A stretch of DNA of 64,000 nucleotides from Macrostomum hystrix (Eukaryota; Animalia; Platyhelminthes). Below the pieces are notes generated by a model, which had not been told where the DNA came from, searched no databases, and was given only the letters and a program-made list of their open reading frames with translations. Shown here piece by piece: positions 12,301 to 27,104 of this stretch. Each line of letters opens with the position of its first letter. The stretch's first letter is position 1. Position numbers and translations under genes: made by a program. The stretch lies in the NCBI GenBank assembly GCA_950097015.1, contig CATNEN010000039.1, positions 15,004,001 to 15,068,000 of the forward strand, given 5' to 3'.

Positions 12301-15300
12301 TCATGAACATCAAATTATTCAGGGACATTCTTCATGACCATCTGGTTATTTAGGGGCATTCTTCATTAACATCTGATTATTCAGGGATATTCTTCATGAA
12401 CATCTGATTATTCAGGGATATTCTTCATGAACATCTGATTATTCAGGGATATTCTTCATGAACATCTGATTATTCAGGGGCATTCTTCATGAACATCTGA
12501 TTATTCAGGGGCATTCTTGATGAACATCTGATTATTTAAGGGCATTCTTCATGACCATCTGATTATTCAGGGGCATTCTTCATGAACATCTGATTATTCA
12601 GGGGCATTCTTCATGAACATCAAATTATTCAGGGACATTCTTCATGACCATCTAGTTATTTAGGGGCATTCTTCATTAACATCTGATTATTCAGGGATAT
12701 TCTTCATGAACATCTGATTATTCAGGGATATTCTTCATGAACATCTGATTATTCAGGGATATTCTTCATGAACATCTGATTATTCAGGGATATTCTTCAT
12801 GAACATCTGGTTATTCAGGGATATTCTTCATGAACATCTGATTATTCAGGGATATTCTTCATGAACATCTGGTTATTTAGGGGCATTCTTCATGAACATC
12901 TGATTATTCAGAGACATTTTTCATAAACCTCTGGTTATTCAGGGACATTCTTCATGAACATCTGATTATTCAGGGACATTCTTCATGACCATCTGATTAT
13001 TCAGGGGCATTCTTCATGAACATCTGATTATTCAGGGACATTTTTAATGAACATCTGATTATTCAGGGACATTTTTAATGAACATCTGATTATTCAGGGA
13101 CATTTTTAATGAACATCTGGTTATTCAGGGCATTCTTCATGAACATCTGATTATTCAGGGATATTCTTCATGAACATCTGATTATTCAGGGGCATTCTTC
13201 ATGAACATCTGATTATTCAGGGCATTCTTCATGAACATCTGATTATTCAGGGATATTCTTCATGAACATCTGATTATTCAGGGGCATTCTTCATGAACAT
13301 CTGATTATTCAGGGGCATTCTTCATGAACATCTGATTATTCAGGGACATTCTTCATGAACATCTGGTTATTTAAGGGCATTCTTCATGACCATCTGATTA
13401 TTCAGGGGCATTCTTCATGAACATCTGGTTATTTAAGGGCATTCTTCATGACCATCTGATTATTCAGGGGCATTCTTCCTGAACATCTGATTATTCAGGG
13501 GCTTTCTTCATGAACATCTGATTATTCAGGGGCTTTCTTCATGAACATCAAATTATTCAGGGACATTCTTCATGACCATCTAGTTATTTAGGGGCATTCT
13601 TCATTAACATCTGATTATTCAGGGATATTCTTCATGAACATCTGATTATTCAGGGATATTCTTCATGAACATCTGATTATTCAGGGATATTCTTCATGAA
13701 CATCTGATTATTCAGGGATATTCTTCATGAACATCTGGTTATTCAGGGATATTCTTCATGAACATCTGATTATTCAGGGATATTCTTCATGAACATCTGG
13801 TTATTTAGGGGCATTCTTCATGAACATCTGATTATTCAGAGACATTTTTCATAAACCTCTGGTTATTCAGGGACATTCTTCATGAACATCTGATTATTCA
13901 GGGACATTCTTCATGACCATCTGATTATTCAGGGGCATTCTTCATGAACATCTGATTATTCAGGGACATTCTTCATGACCATCTGATTCTTCAGGAACAT
14001 TCTTCATTAACATCTGATTATTCAGGGGCATTCTTCATGAACATCTGATTATTCAGGGACATTCTTCATGACCATCTGGTTATTTAGGGGCATTCTTCAT
14101 TAACATCTGATTATTCAGGGACATTCTTAATGACCATCTGGTTATTTAGGGGCATTCTTCATTAACATCTGATTATTCAGGGATATTCTTCATGAACATC
14201 TGGTTATTTAGGGGCATTCTTCATGATCATCTGATTATTCAGAGACATTTTTCATAAACCTCTGGTTATTCAGGGACATTCTTCATGAACATCTGGTTAT
14301 TTAGGGGCATTCTTCATGAACATCTGATTATTCAGAGACATTTTTCATAAACCTCTGGTTATTCAGGGACATTCTTCATGAACATCTGATTATTCAGGGA
14401 CATTCTTCATGAACATCTGATTATTCAGGGATATTCTTCATGAACACCAAATTATTCAGGGACATTCTTCATGAACATCTGATTATTCAGGGGCATTCTT
14501 CATGAACATCTGATTATTCAGGGACATTTTTAATGAACATCTGATTATTCAGGGACATTTTTAATGAACATCTGATTATTCAGGGACATTTTTAATGAAC
14601 ATCTGGTTATTCAGGGCATTCTTCATGAACATCTGATTATTCAGGGATATTCTTCATGAACATCAAATTATTCAGGGACATTTTTAATGAACATCTGATT
14701 ATTCAGGGACATTTTTAATGAACATCTGATTATTCAGGGGCATTCTTCATGAACATCTGATTATTCAGGGATATTCTTCATGAACATCTGGTTATTTAGG
14801 GGCATTCTTCATGAACATCTGATTATTCAGGGACATTTTTAATGAACATCTGATTATTCAGGGACATTTTTAATGAACATCTGATTATTCAGGGACATTT
14901 TTAATGAACATCTGGTTATTCAGGGCATTCTTCATGAACATCTGATTATTCAGGGATATTCTTCATGAACATCAAATTATTCAGGGACATTTTTAATGAA
15001 CATCTGATTATTCAGGGACATTTTTAATGAACATCTGATTATTCAGGGGCATTCTTCATGAACATCTGATTATTCAGGGATATTCTTCATGAACATCTGG
15101 TTATTCAGGGGCATTCTTCATGAACATCTGATTATTCAGGGGCATTCTTCATGAACATCTGATTATTCAGGGATATTCTTCATGATCATCTGATTATTCA
15201 GAGACATTTTTCATAAACCTCTGGTTATTCAGGGACATTCTTCATGAACATCTGATTATTCAGGGACATTCTTCATGACCATCTGATTATTCAGGGGCAT

Positions 15301-18300
15301 TCTTCATGAACATCTGGTTATTCACGGACATTCTTCATGACCATCTGGTTATTTAGGGGCATTCTTCATGAACATCAGATTATTCAGGGATATTCTTAAT
15401 GAACATCTGATTATTCACGGACATTCTTCATGAACATCTGATTATTCACGGACATTCTTCATGAACATCTGATTCTTCAGGAACATTCTTCATTAACATC
15501 TGATTATTCAGGGGCATTCTTCATGAACATCTGATTATTCAGGGACATTCTTCATGACCATCTGGTTATTTTGGGGCATTCTTCATTAACATCTGATTAT
15601 TCAGGGACATTCTTAATGACCATCTGGTTATTTAGGGGCATTCTTCATTAACATCTGATTATTCAGGGACATTCTTCATGAACATCTGATTATTCAGGGA
15701 CATTCTTCATGACCATCTGATTATTCAGGGACATTCTTAATGAACATATGATTCTTCAGGAACATTCTTCATGAACATCTGATTATTCAGGGGCATTCTT
15801 CATGAACATCTGATTATTCAGGGACATTCTTCATGACCATCTGGTTATTTAAGGGCATTCTTCATGAACATCTGATTATTCAGGGGCATTCTTCATGAAC
15901 ATCTGATTATTCAGGGGCATTCTTCATGAACATCTGATTATTCAGGGATATTCTTCATGAACATCTGATTATTTAGGGGCATTCTTCATGAACATCTGAT
16001 TATTCAGGGGCATTCTTCATGAACATCTGATTATTCAGGGGCATTCTTCATGAACATCTGATTATTCAGGGACATTCTTCATGAACATCAAATTATTCAG
16101 TGACATTCTTCATGACCATCTGGTTATTTAGGGGCATTCTTCATTAACATCTGATTATTCAGGGATATTCTTCATGAACATCTGATTATTCAGGGATATT
16201 CTTCATGAACATCTGATTATTCAGGGATATTCTTCATGAACATCTGATTATTCAGGGGCATTCTTCATGAACATCTGATTATTCAGGGGCATTCTTGATG
16301 AACATCTGATTATTTAAGGGCATTCTTCATGACCATCTGATTATTCAGGGGCATTCTTCATGAACATCTGATTATTCAGGGGCATTCTTCATGACCATCT
16401 AGTTATTTAGGGGCATTCTTCATGAACATCTGATTATTCAGGGACATTCTTCATGACCATCTGATTATTCAGGGGCATTCTTCATGAACATCTGATTATT
16501 CAGGGACATTTTTAATGAACATCTGATTATTCAGGGACATTTTTAATGAACATCTGATTATTCAGGGACATTTTTAATGAACATCTGGTTATTCAGGGCA
16601 TTCTTCATGAACATCTGATTATTCAGGGATATTCTTCATGAACATCTGATTATTCAGGGGCATTCTTCATGAACATCTGATTATTCAGGGCATTCTTCAT
16701 GAACATCTGATTATTCAGGGATATTCTTCATGAACATCTGATTATTCAGGGGCATTCTTCATGAACATCTGATTATTCAGGGGCATTCTTCATGAACATC
16801 TGATTATTCAGGGACATTCTTCATGAACATCTGGTTATTTAAGGGCATTCTTCATGAACATCTGATTATTCAGGGGCTTTCTTCATGAACATCTGATTAT
16901 TCAGGGGCTTTCTTCATGAACATCAAATTATTCAGGGATATTCTTCATGAACATCTGATTATTCAGGGATATTCTTCATGAACATCTGATTATTCAGGGA
17001 TATTCTTCATGAACATCTGGTTATTCAGGGATATTCTTCATGAACATCTGATTATTCAGGGATATTCTTCATGAACATCTGGTTATTTAGGGGCATTCTT
17101 CATGAACATCTGATTATTCAGGGACATTCTTCATGACCATCTGGTTATTTAGGGGCATTCTTCATGAACATCTGGTTATTCAGGGATATTCTTCATGAAC
17201 ATCTGGTTATTCAGGGATATTCTTCATGAACATCTGATTATTCAGGGATATTCTTCATGAACATCTGATTATTCAGGGATATTCTTCATGAACATCTGGT
17301 TATTTAGGGGCATTCTTCATGAACATCTGATTATTCAGGGATATTCTTCATGAACATCTGGTTATTTTGGGGCATTCTTCATTAACATCTGATTATTCAG
17401 GGATATTCTTCATGAACATCTGATTATTCAGGGATATTCTTCATGAACATCTGATTATTCAGGGATATTCTTCATGAACATCTGATTATTCAGGGATATT
17501 CTTCATGAACATCTGGTTATTCAGGGATATTCTTCATGAACATCTGATTATTCAGGGATATTCTTCATGAACATCTGGTTATTTAGGGGCATTCTTCATG
17601 AACATCTGATTATTCAGAGACATTTTTCATAAACCTCTGGTTATTCAGGGACATTCTTCATGAACATCTGATTATTCAGGGACATTCTTCATGACCATCT
17701 GATTATTCAGGGGCATTCTTCATGAACATCTGATTATTCAGGGACATTCTTCATGACCATCTGATTCTTCAGGAACATTCTTCATTAACATCTGATTATT
17801 CAGGGGCATTCTTCATGAACATCTGATTATTCAGGGACATTCTTCATGACCATCTGGTTATTTAGGGGCATTCTTCATTAACATCTGATTATTCAGGGAC
17901 ATTCTTCATTAACATCTGATTATTCAGGAACATTCTTCATTAACATCTGATTATTCAGGGGCATTCTTCATGAACATCTGATTATTCAGGGACATTCTTC
18001 ATGACCATCTGGTTATTCAGGGGCATTCTTCATTAACATCTGATTATTCAGGGGCATTCTTCATGAACATCTGATTATTCAGGGGCATTCTTCATTAACA
18101 TCTGATTATTCAGGGACATTCTTCATGAACATCTGGTTATTTAGGGGCATTCTTCATTAACATCTGATTATTCAGGGATATTCTTCATGAACATCTGGTT
18201 ATTTAGGGGCATTCTTCATGATCATCTGATTATTCAGAGACATTTTTCATAAACCTCTGGTTATTCAGGGACATTCTTCATGAACATCTGATTATTCAGG

Positions 18301-20762
18301 GACATTCTTCATGAACATTTGATTATTCAGAGACATTCTTCATGACCATCTGGTTATTTAGGGGCATTCTTCATGAGCATCTGGTTATTTAGGGATATTC
18401 TTCATGAACATCTGATTATTCAGGGATATTCTTCATGAACACCAAATTATTCAGGGACATTCTTCATGAACATCTGATTATTCAGGGGCATTCTTCATGA
18501 ACATCTGATTATTCAGGGACATTTTTAATGAACATCTGATTATTCAGGGACATTTTTAATGAACATCTGATTATTCAGGGACATTTTTAATGAACATCTG
18601 GTTATTCAGGGCATTCTTCATGAACATCTGATTATTCAGGGATATTCTTCATGAACATCAAATTATTCAGGGACATTTTTAATGAACATCTGATTATTCA
18701 GGGACATTTTTAATGAACATCTGATTATTCAGGGGCATTCTTCATGAACATCTGATTATTCAGGGATATTCTTCATGAACATCAAATTATTCAGGGACAT
18801 TTTTAATGAACATCTGATTATTCAGGGATATTCTTCATGAACATCTGATTATTCAGGGACATTTTTAATGAACATCTGATTATTCAGAGAAATTTTTAAT
18901 GAACATCTGATTCTTCAGGAACATTCTTCATGACCATCTGGTTATTCTGGGACATTTTTAATGATTATCTGATTATTCAGAGAAATTTTTAATGAACATT
19001 TGATTATTCAGAGACATTTTTCATGAACATCTGATTATTCAGAGACATTTTTCATGAACATTTGATTATTCAGAGACATTTTTCATAAACCTCTGGTTAT
19101 TCAGGGACATTCTTCATGAACATCTGATTATTCAGGGGCATTCTTCATGAACATCTGATTATTCAGGGGCATTCTTCATGAACATCTGATTATTCAGGGG
19201 CATTCTTCATGACCATCTGGTTATTTAAGGGCATTCTTCATTAACATCTGATTATTCAGGGATATTCTTCATGAACATCTGATTATTCAGGGATATTCTT
19301 CATGAACATCTGATTATTCAGGGATATTTTTCATGAACATCTGGTTATTCAGGGATATTCTTCATGAACATCTGATTATTCAGGGATATTCTTCATGAAC
19401 ATCTGGTTATTTAGGGGCATTCTTCATGAACATCTGATTATTCAGAGACATTTTTCATAAACCTCTGGTTATTCAGGGACATTCTTCATGAACATCTGAT
19501 TATTCAGGGACATTCTTCATGACCATCTGATTATTCAGGGGCATTCTTCATGAACATCTGATTATTCAGGGACATTCTTCATGACCATCTGATTCTTCAG
19601 GAACATTCTTCATTAACATCTGATTATTCAGGGACATTCTTCATGACCATCTGGTTATTTAGGGGCATTCTTCATTAACATCTGATTATTCAGGGACATT
19701 CTTAATGACCATCTGGTTATTTAGGGGCATTCTTCATTAACATCTGATTATTCAGGGATATTCTTCATGAACATCTGGTTATTTAGGGGCATTCTTCATG
19801 AACATCTGATTATTCAGAGACATTTTTCATAAACCTCTGGTTATTCAGGGACATTCTTCATGAACATCTGATTATTCAGGGACATTCTTCATGACCATCT
19901 GATTATTCAGGGGCATTCTTCATGAACATCTGATTATTCAGGGACATTCTTCATGACCATCTGGTTATTTAGGGGCATTCTTCATGAGCATCTGGTTATT
20001 TAGGGATATTCTTCATGAACATCTGATTATTCAGGGATATTCTTCATGAACACCAAATTATTCAGGGACATTCTTCATGAACATCTGATTATTCAGGGGC
20101 ATTCTTCATGAACATCTGATTATTCAGGGACATTTTTAATGAACATCTGATTATTCAGGGACATTTTTAATGAACATCTGATTATTCAGGGACATTTTTA
20201 ATGAACATCTGGTTATTCAGGGCATTCTTCATGAACATCTGATTATTCAGGGGCATTCTTCATGAACATCTGATTATTCAGGGATATTCTTCATGAACAT
20301 CAAATTATTCAGGGACATTTTTAATGAACATCTGATTATTCAGGGATATTCTTCATGAACATCTGATTATTCAGGGACATTTTTAATGAACATCTGATTA
20401 TTCAGAGAAATTTTTAATGAACATCTGATTCTTCAGGAACATTCTTCATGACCATCTGGTTATTCTGGGACATTTTTAATGAACATCTGATTATTCAGAG
20501 AAATTTTTAATGAACATTTGATTATTCAGAGACATTTTTCATGAACATCTGATTATTCAGAGACATTTTTCATGAACATTTGATTATTCAGAGACATTTT
20601 TCATAAACCTCTGGTTATTCAGGGACATTCTTCATGAACATCTGATTATTCAGGGACATTCTTCATAAACCTCTGGTTATTCAGGGACATTCTTCATGAA
20701 CATCTGATTATTCAGAGACATTTTTCATAAACCTCTGGTTATTCACGGACATTCTTCATGAA
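9364..20762. repeat. 11.4-kb 31-bp satellite (GAACATCTGATTATTCAGGGACATTCTTCAT) inside a DUS1L intron
   Basis: About 368 units with variant monomers and duplicated blocks. Confidence 0.99.
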
Positions 20763-20865
20763 CACATAGTTTTATGTACTAGAGTCTTTAAAATAATCAG
20801 TTATTTAATTGACTTTGTTAATTAGCAGCAAACACAATCCTTTGCACTACATCCTAATTTGTCAG

Positions 20866-21096
20866 GTGCACAATATTTCCAAAACTGCGTGATGAAATCG
20901 CTGTGGCCAATTCTATAGACGATTTAGAGGCGGCTATGGCACTCGCCGAGTCGCTGTGTCAGCCCTTTATGGATAAGGCCGCAGGTTCCGAAGCCGAAGC
21001 TAAGTTAATGGAAAATTCCTTTGACCCGGATACTAAAGCCTATATTGGCCGACTGAGTCTCAGCTTCTGGTTGTGCCAACCATACAGGCGCCATCT
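20866..21096 (+). CDS. DUS1L: DUS1L internal exon
   Basis: Acceptor gtcag at 20865; reads CTIFPKLRDEIAVA...FWLCQPYRRH, matching the DUS1 WxCQPYxR motif; donor GTGAGT at 21097 (phase 2). Confidence 0.88.
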
Positions 21097-21439
21097 GTGA
21101 GTGATTCTGATTTATCTATCTATGCCAGCTCCGGAGGGGAGTTGTAGCCTAGTGATTCGAGCGTCTGACTCATTACTTAAAGGTCGAGGGTCATATGCGT
21201 CGTGCAATAGCTGCAGCTGTGCTGTCATCTGCACGTGTGGCCTAATTAGGGCAGGTGTAATCAATTGAATCAATCAATAAATAGATTGTTTGATTCTTGA
21301 TTGATATCTGGTCAAATGCCTGTTTATCCTGAGACAGGGAAATTTTCAGACAAGTTTCTTTGTTAAATCCGTCTGCGAGCAGACGATTCGGCCTCACTAA
21401 TCTAATGCACACAATAGAAACTTCTAAAGTTCGACTTCT

Positions 21440-21560
21440 AACCGCAAAGATCAGGAGTTCGAATCTCAGCTAATGGGAATCAATTTTCGTCCTTAAACAG
21501 GACACTTAATTCTATAGTGGTTCATTTCGGCTTCAGTCCACGGACTGAACAGCTGTACAC
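21440..21560 (+). mobile_element. SINE family 2 copy (separate tRNA-like head remnant at about 21137-21192)
   Basis: GAGTTCGAATCTC, GACACTTAA, TTCATTTCGG and GTCCACGGACTGAACAGCTGTAC. Confidence 0.68.
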
Positions 21561-21602
21561 CTGCCCGAGTGAGCTAGGTGTAATTCTTCTTTTAGAAAAT
21601 GC

Positions 21603-22014
21603 AATAATCTAGTCCTGTCCCTAAATAATCTAGTCCTGTCCCTGAATAACCTAGTCCTGTCCCTGAATAACCTAGTCCTGTCCCTGAATAATCTAGTCCT
21701 GTCCCTGAATAATCTAGTCCTGTCCCTGAATAACCTAGTCCTGTCTCTAAATAATCTAGTCCTGTCCCTGAATAACCTAGTCCTGTCTCTAAATAATCTA
21801 GTCCTGTCCCTGAATAACCTAGTCCTGTCCCTGAATAATCTAGTCCTGTCCCTGAATAACCTAGTCCTGTCCCTGAATAATCTAGTCCTGTCCCTGAATA
21901 ATCTAGTCCTGTCCCTGAATAACCTAGTCCTGTCTCTAAATAATCTAGTCCTGTCCCTGAATAACCTAGTCCTGTCTCTAAATAATCTAGTCCTGTCCCT
22001 GAATAACCTAGTCC
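21603..22014. repeat. 21-bp minisatellite (TCCTGTCCCTGAATAATCTAG)
   Basis: About 19 units abutting the last DUS1L acceptor. Confidence 0.97.
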
Positions 22015-22029
22015 TCTTTCATTGTCCAG

Positions 22030-22504
22030 CAGTTCACCTGTGACAGCAGCCGCCTCCGCTGATGCCACTCCCGGCTGTTCAGAGGAGGCCGCGGCTTCGT
22101 CTACAGCCGCTGAGGCCGAAACCGACGCCCGGTCGCAGCGAGATCGGCGGAAGGCCCGCTCGTTGGCCGAGAGCGGCAAACTGGCCGAACAGCGTCGACA
22201 GCGTCGCCAGGCCAAGGACCAGCGAAAGCGACGGGCTCGCGAGCTGCGCTTGAAGCGCAACGGCGGTCTGCCGGTACTGCCGGCGCCCGAGTGCTCCGAG
22301 TGTCGCAATCCCAGATCTTTGAAGTGCGCCTTCGCTCTGTGCAAACGCTGCTGTAGAAATAAAACCGCCGAGGAGGTGCTGGACTGCGTCGGGCACGAGT
22401 TTATGCGCAGGACTCAGACATCGCGCCGTCAGCTGAGACAGCAAAAACTGCCGCCAATGGACAGAGTGGAAGGCGCGCCGCCTGTGACAGCCGCGGTCGA
22501 ATAA
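22030..22504 (+). CDS. DUS1L: DUS1L terminal exon with basic stretch and Cys-rich C-terminal motif
   Basis: Acceptor tccag(cag) at 22029/22032, both phase compatible; CSECRNP-KC-F-LCKRCC-LDCVGH is typical of the DUS1L C-terminus; stop TAA overlaps an AATAAA. Confidence 0.88.
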
Positions 22505-22822
22505 AGTTTCCATTGCAAAATTTAGGCTACTACTAATAGGGATATGTAGAGGAAATTTATTCCCGTGTTTTTTATGAAAACTCAAGAAATAAACTGGTTT
22601 TTAGTGCCGCCTTCTCTGGTATTCTGGTGCAGTTAATCTATCATTGCATTACCTTCGCTTGAAAATTGAAGTACATAGCACACACTGAAGCTATATTCAG
22701 AATCAGTTGAAAGTGCATTGCCATTTTCTGATCTATCTACAGTGCACAGCAACATTTTTAATCTTTTATTTATTTATTCTATTTTGTATATTAAAAACTA
22801 TAGCCAGTTTTAAGTTTTAATC

Positions 22823-23952
22823 TCATTAGCCTCCATTCCATTCATTAGCCTCTATTCCATTCATTAGCCTCCATTTCAATCATTAGCCTCTATTCCATTC
22901 ATTAGCCTCCATTTCAATCATTAGCCTCCATTCAATTCATTAGCCTCCATTCAATTCATTAGCCTCCATTCCATTCATTAGCCTCCATTCAATTCATTAG
23001 CCTCCATTCCATTCATTAGCCTCCATTCCATTCATTAGCCTCCATTCCATTCATTAGCCTCCATTCAATTCATTAGCCTCCATTCAATTCATTAGCCTCC
23101 ATTCCATTCATTAGCCTCCATTCAATTCATTAGCCTCCATTCCATTCATTAGCCTCCATTCCATTCATTAGCCTCCATTCCATTCATTAGCCTCCATTCA
23201 ATTCATTAGCCTCCATTCCAGTCATTAGCCTCCATTCCAGTCATTAGCCTCCATTCCATTCATTAGCCTCCATTCCAATCATTAGCCTCCATTCCATTCA
23301 TTAGCCTCCATTCCATTCAGTAGCCTCCATTCCATTCATTAGCCTCCATTCCAATCATTAGCCTCCATTCCATTCATTAGCCTCCATTCCATTCAGTAGC
23401 CTCCATTTCAATCATTAGCCTCCATTTCAATCATTAGCCTCCATTTCAATCATTAGCCTCTATTCCATTCATTAGCCTCCATTTCAATCATTAGCCTCCA
23501 TTCCATTCATTAGCCTCCATTTCAATCATTAGCCTCTATTCCATTCATTAGCCTCCATTCCAATCATTAGCCTCCATTCCATTCATTAGCCTCCATTCCA
23601 TTCAGTAGCCTCCATTTCAATCATTAGCCTCCATTTCAATCATTAGCCTCCATTTCAATCATTAGCCTCTATTCCATTCATTAGCCTCCATTTCAATCAT
23701 TAGCCTCCATTCCATTCATTAGCCTCCATTCCATTCATTAGCCTCCATTCCATTCATTAGCCTCCATTCCATTCATTAGCCTCCATTCCATTCATTAGCC
23801 TACATTTCAATCATTAGCCCCTATTCCATTCATTAGCCTCCATTTCATTCATTAGCCTCCATTTCAATCATTAGCCTCCATTCCAGTCATTAGCCTCCAT
23901 TTCAATCATTAGCCCCTATTCCATTCATTAGCCTCCATTCCATTCATTAGTC
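22823..23952. repeat. 19-bp minisatellite (CATTAGCCTCCATTCCATT)
   Basis: About 59 units downstream of DUS1L. Confidence 0.97.
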
Positions 23953-24334
23953 TACATCCACTATACCCTGTATCACATATCTTATCTTGTCTACCAACTC
24001 CTTTGTCTTATTTACTATATTATTGGATAGCTTTAGTTTTTGTCGCCTTTTGTTGATCTTAGCATTTCAATCGTTCATTTCAAAGGTTTTGGCACGCTAC
24101 TGTCTTAAAATATTTCTTCAGCCAGCTTGCTAGAGTCGCTTTTGCGACCTTGAAACGTGATTTACAGGCTTTTGAATGGCGAAAAAGTTTATTTGACTGA
24201 CAGGCACTCTAATTTTTTATGGATTTGGATGCTCTTCAATATTTCCTAGCATGTTACACATTAGTTCACTGGTTTGAATCTGTAGCTTTTTTCTATTGCG
24301 GTTAGTGCCTTCTTTGCTTTTAGTTAAGGCTCAG

Positions 24335-24781
24335 CCTCTCCCCTGTCTCATCTCTCCCCTGTCTCATCTCTCCCCTGTCTCATCTCTCCCTTATCTCATT
24401 TCTCTTCTGTCTCATCTATTTCCTGTCTCATCTATCCCCTGTCTCATCTCTCTCCTGTCTCATCTCTCCCCTATCTCATCTCTGCCCTGTCTCATCTCTC
24501 CACTGTCCCATCTCTCCCATGTCTCATCTCTCTCCTGTCTCATCTCTCCCCTGTCTCATCTCTCTCCTGTCTCATCTCTCCCCTGTCTCATCTCTGCCCT
24601 ATCTCATCTCTCCCTTATCTCATTTCTCTTCTGTATCATCTATTTCCTGTCTCATCTCTCCCCTGTCTCATATCTCTCCTGTCTTTTATCTCCCCTGTCT
24701 CGTCTATCCCTAATCTCAACTCTCCCCTATCTCATTTCTCTTTTGTCTCATCTCTCTCGTGTCTCATCTCTTCCCTGTCTT
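24335..24781. repeat. 16-bp pyrimidine-rich repeat (CTGTCTCATCTCTCCC)
   Basis: Degenerate tandem units. Confidence 0.93.
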
Positions 24782-25365
24782 TAGTCATCTTTCCCTGTGT
24801 TTGATGTCTATCTTGTTTCAGATTTTCTATCTACTCCGCTTGAGTTCAATTTATATTAGCATCGGAATAATAAGCAGTTTCTACTTACTGCTTTGCTTAC
24901 TTAGCCATGTAACTGTCGAATATGATCAAAGTATGAACTATGTGCACATTTGGCCCTTAACCCAAGCAGTGTGTTTCTATGCGTGTCCCTTTTTTAAGCC
25001 ATTATTTAACCCCTGCTTGAAAATGCTCTAGATTTGGACCAGCGTAATTATAAATTAATTCACTGCGAGTCGATGTTGGGTAGATAGAAATTCACTTGGC
25101 CCGTAACAGTCCCGAATGCAAGCCTTCCTAATTATATTTGTAATATTATTTGTGTTGATGATGACTGGCTTGATATTTTTGATAGGATTTGCTACACTGA
25201 ACGCCATCTACCTCCTAGCCATAGCAGGAAAGTAGGCAATAAGTCGGGCCAGCTTATACCTCTGTTTGAATTGTGTTGCTTGGAAAACTTTTCAACGATT
25301 TTTTCTACTTCCATTTGTCTTATTATTGGTCTAGTTTTACTTTTCACTTTTGTGTTCGCTTCACA

Positions 25366-25877
25366 CCTCTCCTCTCCTCTCCTCTTCTCTCCTCTCCTGT
25401 CATGTTCTGTCCTCTCCTCTTCTCTCCTCTCCTCTTCTCTCCTCTCCTCTTCTCTCCTCTCTTCTTCTCTCCTCTCCTCTCCTCTCCTCTCCTCTCCTCT
25501 CCTCTCCTCTCCTCTCCTCTCTTCTTCTCTCCTCTCCTGCCCTCTCCTCTTCTCTCCTCTCTTCTTCTCTCCTCTCCTCTCCTCTCCTCTCCTCTTCTCT
25601 CCTCTCCTGTCATGTTCTGTCCTCTCCTCTTCTCTCCTCTCCTCTCCTCTTCTCTCCTCTCCTCTTCTCTCCTCTCCTCTTCTCTCCTCTCCTCTTCTCT
25701 CCTCTCCTCTTCTCTCCTCTCCTCTCCTCTTCTCTCCTCTCTTCTTCTCTCCTATCCTCTCCTCTCCTCTCCTGTCCTCTCGTCTCCTCTCCTTTCCTCT
25801 CCTCTCCTCTCCTGTCCTCTCCTCTCCTCTTCTCTCCTCTCCTCTCCTGTCCTGTCCTCTTTTATCCTCTCCTCTCC
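25366..25877. repeat. (CTCCT)n polypyrimidine microsatellite
   Basis: About 500 bp of nearly pure C/T pentamer. Confidence 0.97.
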
Positions 25878-26533
25878 GCATATACGCATTAAATGCATGA
25901 AAATCGAGTTCAATGTCTTTAATTCTTTAGGCTAGCAACCAATCTGATTACTGCTGTTTTCAAAAGATCAGCTAAGCATTGCTTTCTGTCTCCTGCGTCG
26001 TGTATCAAGTATTCATTACCAAATGCAGAATGCTTCAAAGTGATACAGCAGTGTTATAAGATATTTTATATAGATAATTAAGAATTCAGTATATTTATAT
26101 AGTCATTGCCAGGCGTCACAAGACATCTGATATAGCGGACCAGCTGCCAGTTATCATTCTTGGCATTGTATAAGCTTCATTGAAACACGCTTTTAATTAG
26201 GCTTTTTAGGGGCAAGGAAGATATTTCAAATCAGAACTGGTCGATTCTAGTACGCCCGTTGACCTTGAGAATTCAGCCAGTTATAGTTCGCTTAATGTTA
26301 GATGGTTGTCGGGGACATTGCTTATTGGCCTCAGCTTGATTAAGGACTGGTTTTTGTTTCCGCTTAAAAAGCGCAGACCTTCTTGAGCGAATAGAAAAAT
26401 TTCTTTCCAATAGGATACTTTACTACTTGACTAAACTACACTACAGGAAAATGTGTAAGTTTTTTTCTACGCCTGAATCTTGACACTTTTTGTTGTACAT
26501 TTAAAAATACTTAGGCCTTTGACAGTAGGTTTA

Positions 26534-26762
26534 CCAGCCTTCTAAATCCTCAATTAGGTACAGATTGACCAGCCTTCAAAATCCTCAATTAGGTACAGAT
26601 TGACCAGCCTTCAAAATCCTCAATTAGGTACAGATTGACCAGCCTTCAAAATCCTCAATTAGGTACAGATTGACAAGCCTTCTAAATCCTCAATTAGGTA
26701 CAGATTGACCAGCCTTCTAAATCCTCAATTAGGTACAGATTGACCAGCCTTTTAAATCCTCA
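26534..26762. repeat. 35-bp minisatellite
   Basis: CCAGCCTTCAAAATCCTCAATTAGGTACAGATTGA, about 6.5 copies. Confidence 0.95.
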
Positions 26763-27104
26763 TGCAAGATGTTCAGCTATTTCTCATTTTATCTGTTAGA
26801 GCAGTGAAGGTCCGAGTGCCGTGGATGCACATGCTTATGTTAATGCCAATGAATTATGCAGTTATGAGCTTGCATACTTTTACCAGTGAGTGGCATAGTT
26901 TCAGTCGTCAATTTTCAATTAGCCCTTATTGTATGATCCTAGCCAGCCGCTTGGGACTTGCTAAGAGAAATCGGAAAATTGAAACGAAGCTGCTCGAATA
27001 TAATAAAATTAGCGCTATAAAATTCAAGTGGTCTTCAGTCGCGTTGCACTTTTAATAGATTTTTGCTTCAAAACAAGCAGAAAATGCGCTTCATTCTAGC
27101 CACT

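Noticed and set aside
9364-20762. CRISPR-like periodic repeats (also the 29, 31, 56 and 59 kb arrays)
   Set aside because: Units are head-to-tail with no unique spacers, there are no cas genes, and the context is intron-containing eukaryotic DNA.
22823-23952. Telomeric or human satellite III-like repeat
   Set aside because: Contains CATTC and TTAG words, but the true period is 19 bp and there is no TTAGGG run.
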